DNA of 64,000 bases from Candidatus Wolfebacteria bacterium GW2011_GWB1_47_1 (GTDB taxonomy: Bacteria; Patescibacteriota; Minisyncoccia; UBA6257; UBA9933): positions 80,983 to 144,982 of the forward strand of contig CP011209.1 of the NCBI GenBank assembly GCA_001029635.1, written 5' to 3'. Both the position numbers and the translations under genes were made by a program. Shown piece after piece: positions 1 to 8,766 of the stretch (the stretch's first letter is position 1; every line of letters starts with the position of its first letter). A model generated the notes under the pieces. It saw nothing but the letters and a program-made list of their open reading frames with translations, was not told the DNA's origin and searched no databases.

Positions 1-1399
1 CATAAGCGGCATAATCAACCGCTGAAGCTTCTTTATCAAAATGAGTCTTCTTTGGTGTGCTATGTGCGACAGCAGCCTTCTCCGGTTCAAGCGATGCTAC
101 GGTAACCGCAAACGCAAGAAATGCAAAAAACGGAATGATGGTTGAAATCTGATCGAATACGAACAACAGGTTAAAGAAGAATGCGGTGGCAAAGAAAAGA
201 ATTGCCATCATGTCGAACGAAAATCCTTTCTTGCGGAACACAAGCCAACCAACAGAGATCCAGATGCCAAGATACACAAGCAGCCCAAGTATACCGTTCA
301 TAACGGCAACGTCCATTAGCTTATTATGTGCGCGATCGAACCATGTATGTTCCAGATGGTAATAATCAGGATTATAATACTGGTTATAGGCAATGCTAAA
401 GTTCTCCGGCCCCCAGCCGATCAAAAACTTCTGCAAACCATTCTTCTGTGGATCTATGGCATTTTTACTTACACCCAGCGAGATTAAGCGGGTCTGCACG
501 GTAAAATCATTCAAGGTAAATGTGGCCGCACGGTTAAATCCAGGGATATTTTTCCAAAACGAATTACTACGCGTTGCATAAAATATTCCCCCGACCAATG
601 TCATTACGATCAACACCCAGGCAGAAGCTGTGCGCAAAGAAATGTTCTTTCTTACGGTAATATCCTTCCCATGAAATACACCGTACACAACAAGTGCCAA
701 TGTACCCATAACAAGCCCAAGCATTGCTGCACGCGTTTGTGTTATGAATAAGCCAATAACACCAACGGGAATCATGGTTGTGGCAAACCATCTCCAGATC
801 GGCTCTTTCTTTGCATAATAAAGTACTACGAGTGCGGCAAATACGACAAACAAGAGGTATCCACCAAGGAATGCCGGATTCCCGGTAAACGAACCAGGGC
901 GACCACCCCAATTGCAGATCGTTAAGCCTGCTTCATTAGTGGGGCATAATTCAAACAATTCCTTAATAAAAAGAATGGCACCTGTAACAAGATTCAGCTT
1001 AAAAAACATCACCCAATCCTTCTTTTCAAAAAGCAGAAGCGAATAGACAAAGAATGCATAGAAATATAGGAACCCAAGCAATCCCTCTCCACGTTCAACG
1101 TCGCCAAAAAATGCCCGGAATGGGTTTACTGCAAAGTACGTACTGATTGCGAAGATCGCCATAAATGCGGTCGTCATTACAAAAACCGGACTCTTAAAGA
1201 TCCTCTTGGCTCTTCCGTATGTTTCGCGACGAAATTCCTCATTTGCAACAAGGTGCACTGCAAAAAGAAGCGACGCAAGTGCGATGAATATGCGAATTAT
1301 TAATATCTTTCCAAAAATAAAGGGGAAGAATACAGACGTATTGACGATGAGCGGCACAAAGGCAAGCGCCCACAGGGTAAGTTTGATTAAAAATGCCAT
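1..1399 (-). CDS. O-antigen ligase (Wzy_C)-family polytopic membrane protein; C-terminal end lies beyond window start (not in ORF track because it runs off the edge)
   Basis: Manual minus-strand translation from ATG at 1399-1397: MAFLIKLTLWALAFVPLIVNTSVFFPFIFGKILIIRIFIALASLLFAVHLV... Frame stays open to position 1. About 10 hydrophobic segments, a loop motif TQTRAAMLG, and a later GWGPENFS...WFDRAHNKLMD region resembling the conserved Arg / His-Asn features of Wzy_C ligases. Confidence 0.5.
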   Translation of the reverse strand, partial: MAFLIKLTLWALAFVPLIVNTSVFFPFIFGKILIIRIFIALASLLFAVHLVANEEFRRETYGRAKRIFKSPVFVMTTAFMAIFAISTYFAVNPFRAFFGDVERGEGLLGFLYFYAFFVYSLLLFEKKDWVMFFKLNLVTGAILFIKELFELCPTNEAGLTICNWGGRPGSFTGNPAFLGGYLLFVVFAALVVLYYAKKEPIWRWFATTMIPVGVIGLFITQTRAAMLGLVMGTLALVVYGVFHGKDITVRKNISLRTASAWVLIVMTLVGGIFYATRSNSFWKNIPGFNRAATFTLNDFTVQTRLISLGVSKNAIDPQKNGLQKFLIGWGPENFSIAYNQYYNPDYYHLEHTWFDRAHNKLMDVAVMNGILGLLVYLGIWISVGWLVFRKKGFSFDMMAILFFATAFFFNLLFVFDQISTIIPFFAFLAFAVTVASLEPEKAAVAHSTPKKTHFDKEASAVDYAAY

Positions 1400-1408
1400 A
1401 ATTTTTTT

Positions 1409-1433
1409 GTCATTCCCGCGAAGGCGGGAATCC
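1409..1433. repeat. REP-like hairpin GTCATTCCCGCGAAGGCGGGAATCC (member of dispersed GTCATTCC...GGAAT family)
   Basis: Perfect palindrome ATTCCCGC-GAAG-GCGGGAAT with conserved flanks. Near-identical copy at 3476-3499; covarying copies at 47114, 35053, 26594 (inverted) and 21605. Confidence 0.6.
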
Positions 1434-1572
1434 ACTTCCTTTTGCCGTATATGGATTCCTATGTTCGCGAGAATAATCGAAGACCCACTTGAATAATGGT
1501 CTAATTGTACGCCACGAATAGGCCGATGACAAGAAAAAAAGTCCCCGGATTGCTCCGAGGACTACAGTCCTC

Positions 1573-2886
1573 CTATAGGATGACAAACAGGAATTCCTTA
1601 AACGAGCCGATCACATAATCGAGCATCTCGCGGGTCAGGCCCGGGTACACTCCGATCCAGAACGTATTGTTCATGATGGTATCGGTATTGGCTAGGTCGC
1701 CAACGATACGGTGCTCGATCGCATAGTTCTTGAAGTACGGTTGCCGCGTAGCATTGCCGGCAAACAGCAGTCGCGTGCCAATTTTCCGACTGTCCAGGAA
1801 TTTCAGCAAATCGATCCGATTAAAGCCCGCATTCGGTTTGATCGTAAGCGGGAATCCAAACCAGCTCGGATCCGCACGGGGATCCCAGCTGGGCAGTATG
1901 AAGTGGTCAAAAATAGCTTCATCCTGCTCGAACATGCGATACAGATACCTAAAGTTCTCCTTCCGCTTCTGGATAAATTCCGGCAGGCGTTCCAACTGGG
2001 CCAATCCAAGCGCCGCTTGGATGTCGGTACCCTTCAGGTTGTATCCGATCTCGCTGTACACATACTTGTGATCGTACCCATGGGGCAAATCGCCATGTTG
2101 GTTGCCGAACCGGTTGCCGCAAAAATTGTCGACACCAGTCGGGCAGACGCAATCACGTCCCCAATCCCGCAACGATCGAACGATCGTATTGAGTAGTGGG
2201 TCGTCGGTCAGTACCGCTCCCCCTTCAGCCGTCGTAATGTGATGAGCCGGGTAAAAGCTGCAGGTCGACAGATGCCCGAACGACCCGGTATGTCGGGTAT
2301 CGAGCTTTGATCCAAGTGCATCGCAGTTGTCCTCGATCAGCCACAGTCCACGGTTATAGCAAAACTCCCAAAGGGCTCTCACGTTAAACGGATTACCCAG
2401 CGTATGGGCGATGAAGACGACTTTGGTCTTGGGCGATACGGCACTTGCGATTGCCTCGATTGACGCGTTATACGTACTCAGTTCGACATCCACGAACACC
2501 GGCACCGCGCCGACCTGGATGATCGGGTTGATCGTGGTCGGAAACCCGGCCGCGACCGTGATCACCTCATCGCCCCGCTTAAGCCTACGCTTTTCCGGAA
2601 TTCGGAACGATGTAAGCGCCGAAAGCGCCAACAGATTCGCGGATGAGCCGGAATTGACGAAGGAGCAGTAGCGCGTGCCGATAAACTCGGCGAGCCGCTC
2701 CTCAAACTGTTTTGCGAACTTGCCTTCCGTCCACCAGCCTTCCAGCACCGCATCGATCATCATTACTAGTTCGTTCCTGCCGAAAACCTTGCCGGAAACC
2801 GGCACAGGAGTTACCCCGGGGACAAACGCGTGAGCCCCTACACTTCTTTTTCTTACCGCCTCGTCAATCAGCCGACTGATGTCCAT
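1573..2886 (-). CDS. DegT/DnrJ/EryC1/StrS-family PLP/PMP sugar aminotransferase/dehydrase (RfbH / CDP-4-keto-6-deoxyglucose-3-dehydrase E1-like, ~437 aa)
   Basis: ORF 1573..3027 translation has the DegT fold signature (GxxxFxxxLAEFIGTRYCSFVNSGSSANLLAL...). Internal ATG at 2886-2884 (MDISRLIDEAV) is preceded by GGGGAGG; the upstream 47 codons look like an ORF-finder extension. Family call is robust; the E1-versus-aminotransferase distinction is not verified. Confidence 0.7.
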   Translation of the reverse strand: MDISRLIDEAVRKRSVGAHAFVPGVTPVPVSGKVFGRNELVMMIDAVLEGWWTEGKFAKQFEERLAEFIGTRYCSFVNSGSSANLLALSALTSFRIPEKRRLKRGDEVITVAAGFPTTINPIIQVGAVPVFVDVELSTYNASIEAIASAVSPKTKVVFIAHTLGNPFNVRALWEFCYNRGLWLIEDNCDALGSKLDTRHTGSFGHLSTCSFYPAHHITTAEGGAVLTDDPLLNTIVRSLRDWGRDCVCPTGVDNFCGNRFGNQHGDLPHGYDHKYVYSEIGYNLKGTDIQAALGLAQLERLPEFIQKRKENFRYLYRMFEQDEAIFDHFILPSWDPRADPSWFGFPLTIKPNAGFNRIDLLKFLDSRKIGTRLLFAGNATRQPYFKNYAIEHRIVGDLANTDTIMNNTFWIGVYPGLTREMLDYVIGSFKEFLFVIL

Positions 2887-2959
2887 AGTGAACCTCCCCG
2901 TTCCCTTGATGGTAATGCGATGAAATTGACAAAAAGTTTCTGCCCCTAGCGTCGCCCAT

Positions 2960-3469
2960 TTAAAAAATTTTGTCAATGTCGGGGAAGTGGGACGTTCGCT
3001 TTGTGTCCAATATCGCCTTTCGAACATTCTTCCATAAAATCCGATGTTCAGGAATAATATCTTTCGGCATCGTTTTAAAAAACGTCCCCTGTGCCGGACG
3101 ATCGCTTTTACTTAAAAACACCAATGATACACCACTCCCCCGAGGGCTGTTCCAATAATTGAGCGGGAATAGGAATTTGTATTTTTTGATATGCAACCCT
3201 ACTTCGGCAATAGCCATTTTCTTGATCCGCTCATCAACCGTTTCCCGATACCGCATCAACCCTCCCGGAAAATGCCACCCTTTCCACCATTGGTCTTCAC
3301 GCCAAGTAAGGAGTATCTCTCCTTTTTCATTCATAACAACAAGCTCACACGCAATAAACGGTACTACATCACACAGGGCGTCAAATACCGGCTGAGGCAA
3401 TCCGCTATGAGGATCTTCTATTTTCCCCAAGAGCGTAGCGAGCTGTTCTGTTTCTTTTTTGGTAAGCAT
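2960..3469 (-). CDS. Nudix hydrolase, GDP-mannose mannosyl hydrolase (NudD/Gmm/WcaH)-like
   Basis: 169 aa; KGWHFPGGLMRYRETVDERIKKMAIAEVGL resembles the atypical Nudix box of E. coli Gmm ([30 protein letters not shown]). Paralog at 12549-13046. Confidence 0.65.
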   Translation of the reverse strand: MLTKKETEQLATLLGKIEDPHSGLPQPVFDALCDVVPFIACELVVMNEKGEILLTWREDQWWKGWHFPGGLMRYRETVDERIKKMAIAEVGLHIKKYKFLFPLNYWNSPRGSGVSLVFLSKSDRPAQGTFFKTMPKDIIPEHRILWKNVRKAILDTKRTSHFPDIDKIF

Positions 3470-3475
3470 GTATCT

Positions 3476-3499
3476 GTCATTCCCGCGAAGGCGGGAGTC
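3476..3499. repeat. REP-like hairpin GTCATTCCCGCGAAGGCGGGAGTC
   Basis: Second copy of the 1409-1433 element, between two minus-strand genes. Confidence 0.6.
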
Positions 3500-3541
3500 T
3501 ATTGCTGATCTAATTTTTATTCTGATAGTTTAATTATAAAC

Positions 3542-3569
3542 AAAAAAAATGAGGGGGTCGAACCCCCTC
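3542..3569 (-). terminator. rho-independent terminator after methyltransferase gene
   Basis: GAGGGGG-TCGAA-CCCCCTC perfect 7-bp GC stem followed by an 8-nt T-run on the minus strand, 30 nt downstream of the stop at 3600. Confidence 0.65.
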
Positions 3570-3599
3570 ATCGGATTGTATATTTTGCGCGATCAATTC

Positions 3600-4763
3600 C
3601 TATGCGAACTCGATTTTGTTGTCCCGGAGTACTGCAACGTCCGCTCCGAAATTCAACTGTCTCAACGTTTTCAGTACTTCGTCAGGATAGAGCCCGGGGA
3701 CCATGACGATCACAAGATCGACCGGATTTTCCTCCAAGTGGCTCGGTGCCACGATATTAAAATGTGTGACCGGAGTGAATCTTCCCTGTTTGAACTTTGC
3801 GGAATCAATCACATAGGCAATATCGGTGATATTACTCAGTGCCAGCAGCGTTAATGTTCTATGACCCGCCCCCCACACCGCTATCTTCTGGTTATTTGTC
3901 ACGTAGGTTGCGACGAGACGCTGCAGCTCGTTAATGAGCAAATGCATCGGACCGCGGCGACCAAAAAGGTTTAGAGCCTCTCGCTTTTTCACCGTTGCCG
4001 CAATGTCATTCTCTTCGTTGATGATCCGGCATTCCAGTACGTCAAACCCGTTTGCCTCAAAAGCATGGGTCAACGTCCTCGTCGTGAAGTACGAAATGTG
4101 ATCGGGAACGAATTCGTAGAGACATTTCGTCTTAAGCAGGTATTCCAGGTTGGGGACAGTTACAAACCCCACGGCATTGGCCGCCAAGTTGCCGGATATG
4201 TTTTCGATAATCCTACCAGGATCGGGCAAATGCTCGAGATAGTTCAGACAGATGAACGCATCGAAGGGGCCTCCGGCTATCGCGCCCCTGTCTCCGATGT
4301 ACCGCTGGACCATCGTCCTACCCAAAGCCGCTCCCCTCTCTACCGATTTTCCGGACGCTTCCACCCCTGTTGCTTGCATGCCGACTTCTTCCAAAACATC
4401 CAGCATCGCACCTTCGCCACAGCCGATATCCACTACCTTTTTACCTGCAAGTCCGAATCGCTCGACCAACTCTTGCATCTGGCCCAGCCGGGACAATCTT
4501 GCCTTCTCGGATAATGAAGCGGCGGTAATAACCTCCTTGAAGTAGTCCACTGGCTGCATCCCATGCTGCACCAGTCCGCAATGCGAACACTGCTTGATCG
4601 CCAGGGTAATGCCGGTGTCCTCGGCAAATTCATCGATTTCCGGATAATACTGGGCAGCTTTTGGCATCCCTTTCAAAAGAAGAATCTGACCTGCGGGTAG
4701 TGCGTGATTGCACAAATGACAGCGGTTGTTCGAATCCATGGTTCTCTCCTCCTCTGTATTCAA
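3600..4763 (-). CDS. SAM-dependent sugar C-methyltransferase (TylCIII/NovU-like: N-terminal Zn-ribbon + class I MTase + C-methyltransferase C-terminal domain)
   Basis: 387 aa; CHLCNH...CSHCG zinc-ribbon, a VVDIGCGEGAML SAM-binding motif, and a long C-terminal domain. Architecture is typical of NDP-hexose C-methyltransferases. RBS GAGGAGGAGAGAA upstream. Confidence 0.6.
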   Translation of the reverse strand: MNTEEERTMDSNNRCHLCNHALPAGQILLLKGMPKAAQYYPEIDEFAEDTGITLAIKQCSHCGLVQHGMQPVDYFKEVITAASLSEKARLSRLGQMQELVERFGLAGKKVVDIGCGEGAMLDVLEEVGMQATGVEASGKSVERGAALGRTMVQRYIGDRGAIAGGPFDAFICLNYLEHLPDPGRIIENISGNLAANAVGFVTVPNLEYLLKTKCLYEFVPDHISYFTTRTLTHAFEANGFDVLECRIINEENDIAATVKKREALNLFGRRGPMHLLINELQRLVATYVTNNQKIAVWGAGHRTLTLLALSNITDIAYVIDSAKFKQGRFTPVTHFNIVAPSHLEENPVDLVIVMVPGLYPDEVLKTLRQLNFGADVAVLRDNKIEFA

Positions 4764-4858
4764 TTTTTTAGCGCATAACCCAAAATATATGTGGATATAT
4801 GCACTTTTATATACTGACTATCTTATACTGCTTCAAACAATACGTGTCAAGAAAATAC

Positions 4859-5818
4859 TTACGCTTCCTCCTTTTTAAAATACTTACTGCGTAATTCTTT
4901 TGCGTAATTCAAATACAGGTCCTGTCCTACCGCGTCGACATCCAGATTGTCCTGAATGGTCCTGTAATATGCATACAGCTCGGCGATTGCTGCTTTAGAT
5001 GAGGTGAATTTAAAATCACCCATCTCAGAAAGAAGTTTTTTATTGTCCCCGGAATATTCCACCCCGATCCCCGGATTCAATACCTGTATTTCAGTGGTGT
5101 TACCACTAAGCTCATTAATGATGTTTGCGATCGTCACCAGGTCGATCGATTCCGTCGGCGTAACATTGAATATCTTTTCTTTCGAATCGTTATGTATGAA
5201 ATGCCCGATGATCTTATATAAGTCATTAATATAGAGATAATCGTAAACGACATTTTGATTGATCACGATAGGCATCCCCAATAGGCTTTTCACGATCGCA
5301 TTAGCTATGAATTTATACCGATAATCCTCGTATTTTCCGAATATGCCAAATAGCCTGAGGCACACGAGCTGCTCGCTGTTTATATCGCGGACGTACTTGG
5401 AGATTAGGTATTTTGAGTAGCTATGGCTGTCCTCAGGAATATGCTCGTCAAAATATTCCTCTGCCATTTTTTTGTGCCAATGACTCCTTCCATATTCGGA
5501 ACCGCTCCCTAGATTTATCAGCTTTATCGCCGGCGTCATATGCTTCTGCAAATTGAAGAACATGCGCAAATTATGTTCGCACACCTCCAGAGGATAGGTC
5601 TTACCGGATAGGGATGTCGTCGCGGAATGAATGATGACGTCTATATTATTTTTCTTTAAAAATACCCCGACAGCATCGTCGTCGATCAAATTCAACTCAT
5701 TTCTCAATGGAGCAAATACAACATAATTATCCTGCGAAAACAACTCTGTCAAATTGCGCCCGACAAAACCCCTCGCGCCGGTCACTAGGATATGTATAGT
5801 TTTGTTGTCCTTATGCAT
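4859..5818 (-). CDS. NAD(P)-dependent epimerase/dehydratase-family (SDR) sugar nucleotide reductase/epimerase
   Basis: 319 aa; N-terminal Rossmann ILVTGARGFVGRNL. The gene is visibly AT-richer than its neighbours and has no SD. Confidence 0.6.
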   Translation of the reverse strand: MHKDNKTIHILVTGARGFVGRNLTELFSQDNYVVFAPLRNELNLIDDDAVGVFLKKNNIDVIIHSATTSLSGKTYPLEVCEHNLRMFFNLQKHMTPAIKLINLGSGSEYGRSHWHKKMAEEYFDEHIPEDSHSYSKYLISKYVRDINSEQLVCLRLFGIFGKYEDYRYKFIANAIVKSLLGMPIVINQNVVYDYLYINDLYKIIGHFIHNDSKEKIFNVTPTESIDLVTIANIINELSGNTTEIQVLNPGIGVEYSGDNKKLLSEMGDFKFTSSKAAIAELYAYYRTIQDNLDVDAVGQDLYLNYAKELRSKYFKKEEA

Positions 5819-5904
5819 TGATTCAGGATTGTAGGAAAATTATTGCACGCATGACGATACTACTTACAATATTGTCTAATGTAGACCATGCCCATATAAA
5901 AATC

Positions 5905-5940
5905 AAATAAAAAAAGGCCCGGGCATTACGCACCGGGCCT
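5905..5940 (-). terminator. rho-independent terminator after aldolase gene
   Basis: GGCCCGG-loop-CCGGGCC stem followed by a T7 run on the minus strand, just downstream of the stop at 5959. Confidence 0.6.
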
Positions 5941-5958
5941 TCGCAATCCATCGCTAGA

Positions 5959-6741
5959 CTACTGTAATCGCTTCTCAAGCATCTCGATCCTCTTCTCGTC
6001 CTCTGCCTTGACGCGAGAGTAGTACCGACGCTTGCTTTTGAGCCACAGGAGCTCGAATTCGACTGCCTTCAGGATCGCGGCATCGCCGTATTTCCAGGAA
6101 CTGGCCGGGAACACAACCTTGCGCGTCTCGAACTTGTCCACAAGCCCCTCCTGCTCTAACCGCTGTATAACGGGGATTGCTTCCGTGGAAATACCTCCAC
6201 CAAGGCCGGTTTTCAGACCGACCTTCTTCGCCTTTTCCATCGTCCCTTTGCAGATGTCATACACCTCCCCCGAGGTATTAATGACATCGCGACTCAGGCC
6301 CATCGACCCGACAAGGTCGACACGCCCAAGCGTAACTCCGCTCAACCTGGATACATCCGGCAACGCAAGCATCTCATCGAGATTGCGGTATGCCGTAATC
6401 GTTTCCATGTTGAAGGCGAACTCGATGTCACTTGCGTTATCTTCCGCGATCATGTCGCGGATGAGTATCAGAAATTTCGACAAAGCAAACGGCGTTTCCG
6501 CCATAGGGGCGATCAACCCCTTCACGCCGAGACTCAATGCGTTGTACACATCGGTCACCGCCTCAACGCCGCCGATCTTCAGGATGATCGGCAGGCCAAC
6601 GGCCCCCGTAACATCCTTAAGCCGCATCATTTCTTCTATACGGCTTCCTTCGGCCTCGAATTCGGCTTTAATTTCGAATACACCGAAGTCATTTTTCAGC
6701 GACTTCAGCACCTCGATCATCTCGCGCTCTAATACGTTCAT
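5959..6741 (-). CDS. HpcH/HpaI aldolase / citrate-lyase beta-like family (TIM-barrel, pyruvate/2-keto-acid C-C lyase)
   Basis: 260 aa; METITAYRNLDEMLALPDVSRLSGVTLGRVDLVGSMG matches the conserved VDxxxIGxxDLsxsxG region of HpcH/CitE enzymes. RBS AAAGGAGG precedes the ATG. Confidence 0.5.
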   Translation of the reverse strand: MNVLEREMIEVLKSLKNDFGVFEIKAEFEAEGSRIEEMMRLKDVTGAVGLPIILKIGGVEAVTDVYNALSLGVKGLIAPMAETPFALSKFLILIRDMIAEDNASDIEFAFNMETITAYRNLDEMLALPDVSRLSGVTLGRVDLVGSMGLSRDVINTSGEVYDICKGTMEKAKKVGLKTGLGGGISTEAIPVIQRLEQEGLVDKFETRKVVFPASSWKYGDAAILKAVEFELLWLKSKRRYYSRVKAEDEKRIEMLEKRLQ

Positions 6742-6783
6742 CGGTCTACCTCCTTTTCCTTGAGTGATGTCTGGGATCTACGA

Positions 6784-7833
6784 TCACCAGTTGATGTCTT
6801 TCCAGCTTGCGGGATACTGCTTGGACTTCTCTATTTGCGGCAGGATCTTCTGATAAAACTCGGAGTCCCGGTTACCGCAGAGGCAACTCTGCTTGCAATC
6901 GTACGAGAACCACTGCATCGCCAGTCCGCGTTTGACGATCGTCTCAAGATCTTCTTCGAAGATATTCCCGAGACTGATCGGAATCCACGGGCAAGGCAAT
7001 ACGTCGCCGTATGCCGTGATTGAGAAGTGCTTTTTGAGACACAGGCAACCGAACTCGTGGCCATTGTTGACCGACAGATGCGTAGACGCATTATATATAT
7101 CGGTCAACGACTGGATGTACTGCAGATCCTTGGTATCCAGGATCTCATCCTTGGAATCCTCGAACGCGCCGGTCGCCTTCGCATAGATCATGCTGACGTG
7201 CTGATTGAACTGTTTAACGAATTCCAGCTGCTCGATCAGCTCGCCCGACCCGACGAGACTCTTCGTGACTACGATGTTGATGATGACGCCCAAGCCATGC
7301 TTCCTGCACAACTCCAGGGCATCGATGCATTTTTGCCACGATCCTTCCACACCCCTGAATGCGGTATGGTTAGCTTCCAGGCCGTCGATGCTCAGGTGGA
7401 TCCGGTCGACGCCGATGTCGACCAGCCACTTGATCGTTGCTTCATCCAGTCGGGACCCGTTCGTATCCATGCTGATCACAAACCGTTCCGGCCCGATCGC
7501 ATCGACGATGTCCTTGAGGTTGGGGAAGATCAACGGCTCTCCGCCGGATATGCAGATGCTCGCCAGGCCCATTGCATCTGCCTGATCAGCAATTCGCTCG
7601 ATGTCGGCGATAGCCAGAGACCTTCCGCCCCTTTGCTTAAACCGCTCGATGGCGCAATGCTTGCATTTGAAGTTGCACCGGTAATCGCACTGCAACTGGA
7701 TCAGGGCAACGCTTTCCTTGTTCGCAATCTTCTCCGGATGCCTGATGATCTTTGCGTATGCAAGCGGCTTCCGCTCCTTCAATTCACCCCGTGTCTTTAT
7801 TTCCCGTTCCGTCTGTCCATGCTGGTTAGCCAT
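6784..7833 (-). CDS. radical SAM protein with C-terminal Cys-rich (SPASM/twitch-like) auxiliary-cluster region
   Basis: 349 aa; CNFKCKHC = CX3CX2C motif, GGEPL. C-terminal cysteines (CLCLKKH...CPWIP...CKQSCLCG). RBS AGGGAGGT. Tightly coupled to the HAD gene. Confidence 0.7.
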   Translation of the reverse strand: MANQHGQTEREIKTRGELKERKPLAYAKIIRHPEKIANKESVALIQLQCDYRCNFKCKHCAIERFKQRGGRSLAIADIERIADQADAMGLASICISGGEPLIFPNLKDIVDAIGPERFVISMDTNGSRLDEATIKWLVDIGVDRIHLSIDGLEANHTAFRGVEGSWQKCIDALELCRKHGLGVIINIVVTKSLVGSGELIEQLEFVKQFNQHVSMIYAKATGAFEDSKDEILDTKDLQYIQSLTDIYNASTHLSVNNGHEFGCLCLKKHFSITAYGDVLPCPWIPISLGNIFEEDLETIVKRGLAMQWFSYDCKQSCLCGNRDSEFYQKILPQIEKSKQYPASWKDINW

Positions 7834-7837
7834 TTGT

Positions 7838-8599
7838 CTACCTCCCTTTCTTCAGTAATGAGATTATCTCGTTGAGTGCTCTTGCCTTCATATTCGAAAA
7901 ATCCGAAAAGTTGCCGCCAGGATCAAACAGTATGCTTTGACAGTTGAAGTTGTTGGCCATCCTAATGTCGCTTTCGGGCATGTCCCCTACGACGCAAATT
8001 CTCTCCGGCGAAAGCCCGTGCTCTCTGCATAGCAGTTCGAGCATGTACGTATTGGGCTTTCCGACGTGAACATCTGGAGCATGACCCGTTGCGTTGACGA
8101 TTGCGGCAACCAAAGCGCCGCAACCCGGCAATCTTCGATTATTCTCAATCGGATACGAAGAATCGCCATTTGCGACTATTAGCTTGGCTCCTCCATCGAT
8201 CGCGTCCAGCGCCATTGCTATTTTTTGATAGCTGAATGCTGGGTCGATTCCTACGACCACGGCGGATACGCCCGGATCTTCCTTGATGACAATTTCATTA
8301 GACATCAGCTCTCTCCGCAGATCATTGGTGCCGATTAAGTAAATGGGTCCGATCTCTTCCTCTACTAGATAATGAGAAATGCCACGAGCAATGCAATACG
8401 TATTCCCGCTGTGTGCCGGAAAACCAAGGTTGTTCAACTTGTCGACGATCTGCTTCCGCATCTTCCCGGAATTATTCGTCAGGTAGAATATTCGATACCC
8501 CTCCGCTTCAAGAGCGGCAATGGTTTCGATTGCCCCTTCGACGACTTTTTCACCGAGATACAGAGTGCCGTCCAAATCAAAAACAATGCTATCGATCAC
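7838..8599 (-). CDS. HAD-superfamily hydrolase, subfamily IIA (NagD-like sugar-phosphate phosphatase)
   Basis: 253 aa; FDLDGTLY (motif I), GKP, VGD(M) motifs. GTG start preceded by GGGAGGTGG. Confidence 0.7.
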   Translation of the reverse strand: MIDSIVFDLDGTLYLGEKVVEGAIETIAALEAEGYRIFYLTNNSGKMRKQIVDKLNNLGFPAHSGNTYCIARGISHYLVEEEIGPIYLIGTNDLRRELMSNEIVIKEDPGVSAVVVGIDPAFSYQKIAMALDAIDGGAKLIVANGDSSYPIENNRRLPGCGALVAAIVNATGHAPDVHVGKPNTYMLELLCREHGLSPERICVVGDMPESDIRMANNFNCQSILFDPGGNFSDFSNMKARALNEIISLLKKGR

Positions 8600-8724
8600 T
8601 TTACCACCTCCCTATTTTTCTAGATTATAAAAGGCCTTTTGTACTGAAATCGGTATACAACAATTATAGGTTTAAAGCAAGTATTTTACCTAAAAATATC
8701 TATGCCCACACAACCACTGCATTT

Positions 8725-8758
8725 TAAAAAAAGAGCCCCGTAAAGTATAGGGACTCTT
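8725..8758 (-). terminator. probable rho-independent terminator after TPP-enzyme gene
   Basis: Imperfect AAGAGCCCC...GGGACTCTT hairpin followed by T7 on the minus strand. Confidence 0.45.
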
Positions 8759-8766
8759 AAGACAGA

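Noticed and set aside
567-911. 114-aa Cys-rich minus-strand ORF and 393-581 plus-strand ORF from the track
   Set aside because: Both lie inside, and out of frame with, the long minus-strand O-antigen-ligase-like gene that runs off the window edge. Their composition is not protein-like, so they are shadow ORFs.
1711-2196. Plus-strand ORFs (1711-2196, 1730-2071, 2411-2671, etc.) opposite the DegT gene
   Set aside because: Antisense shadow ORFs within a well-supported conserved gene; no RBS or motifs.
6032-7875. Long plus-strand ORFs 6032-6763 (243 aa) and 7027-7875 (282 aa)
   Set aside because: Antisense to the aldolase and radical SAM genes. Ser/Thr/Pro-rich low-complexity translations typical of GC-skewed antisense frames.
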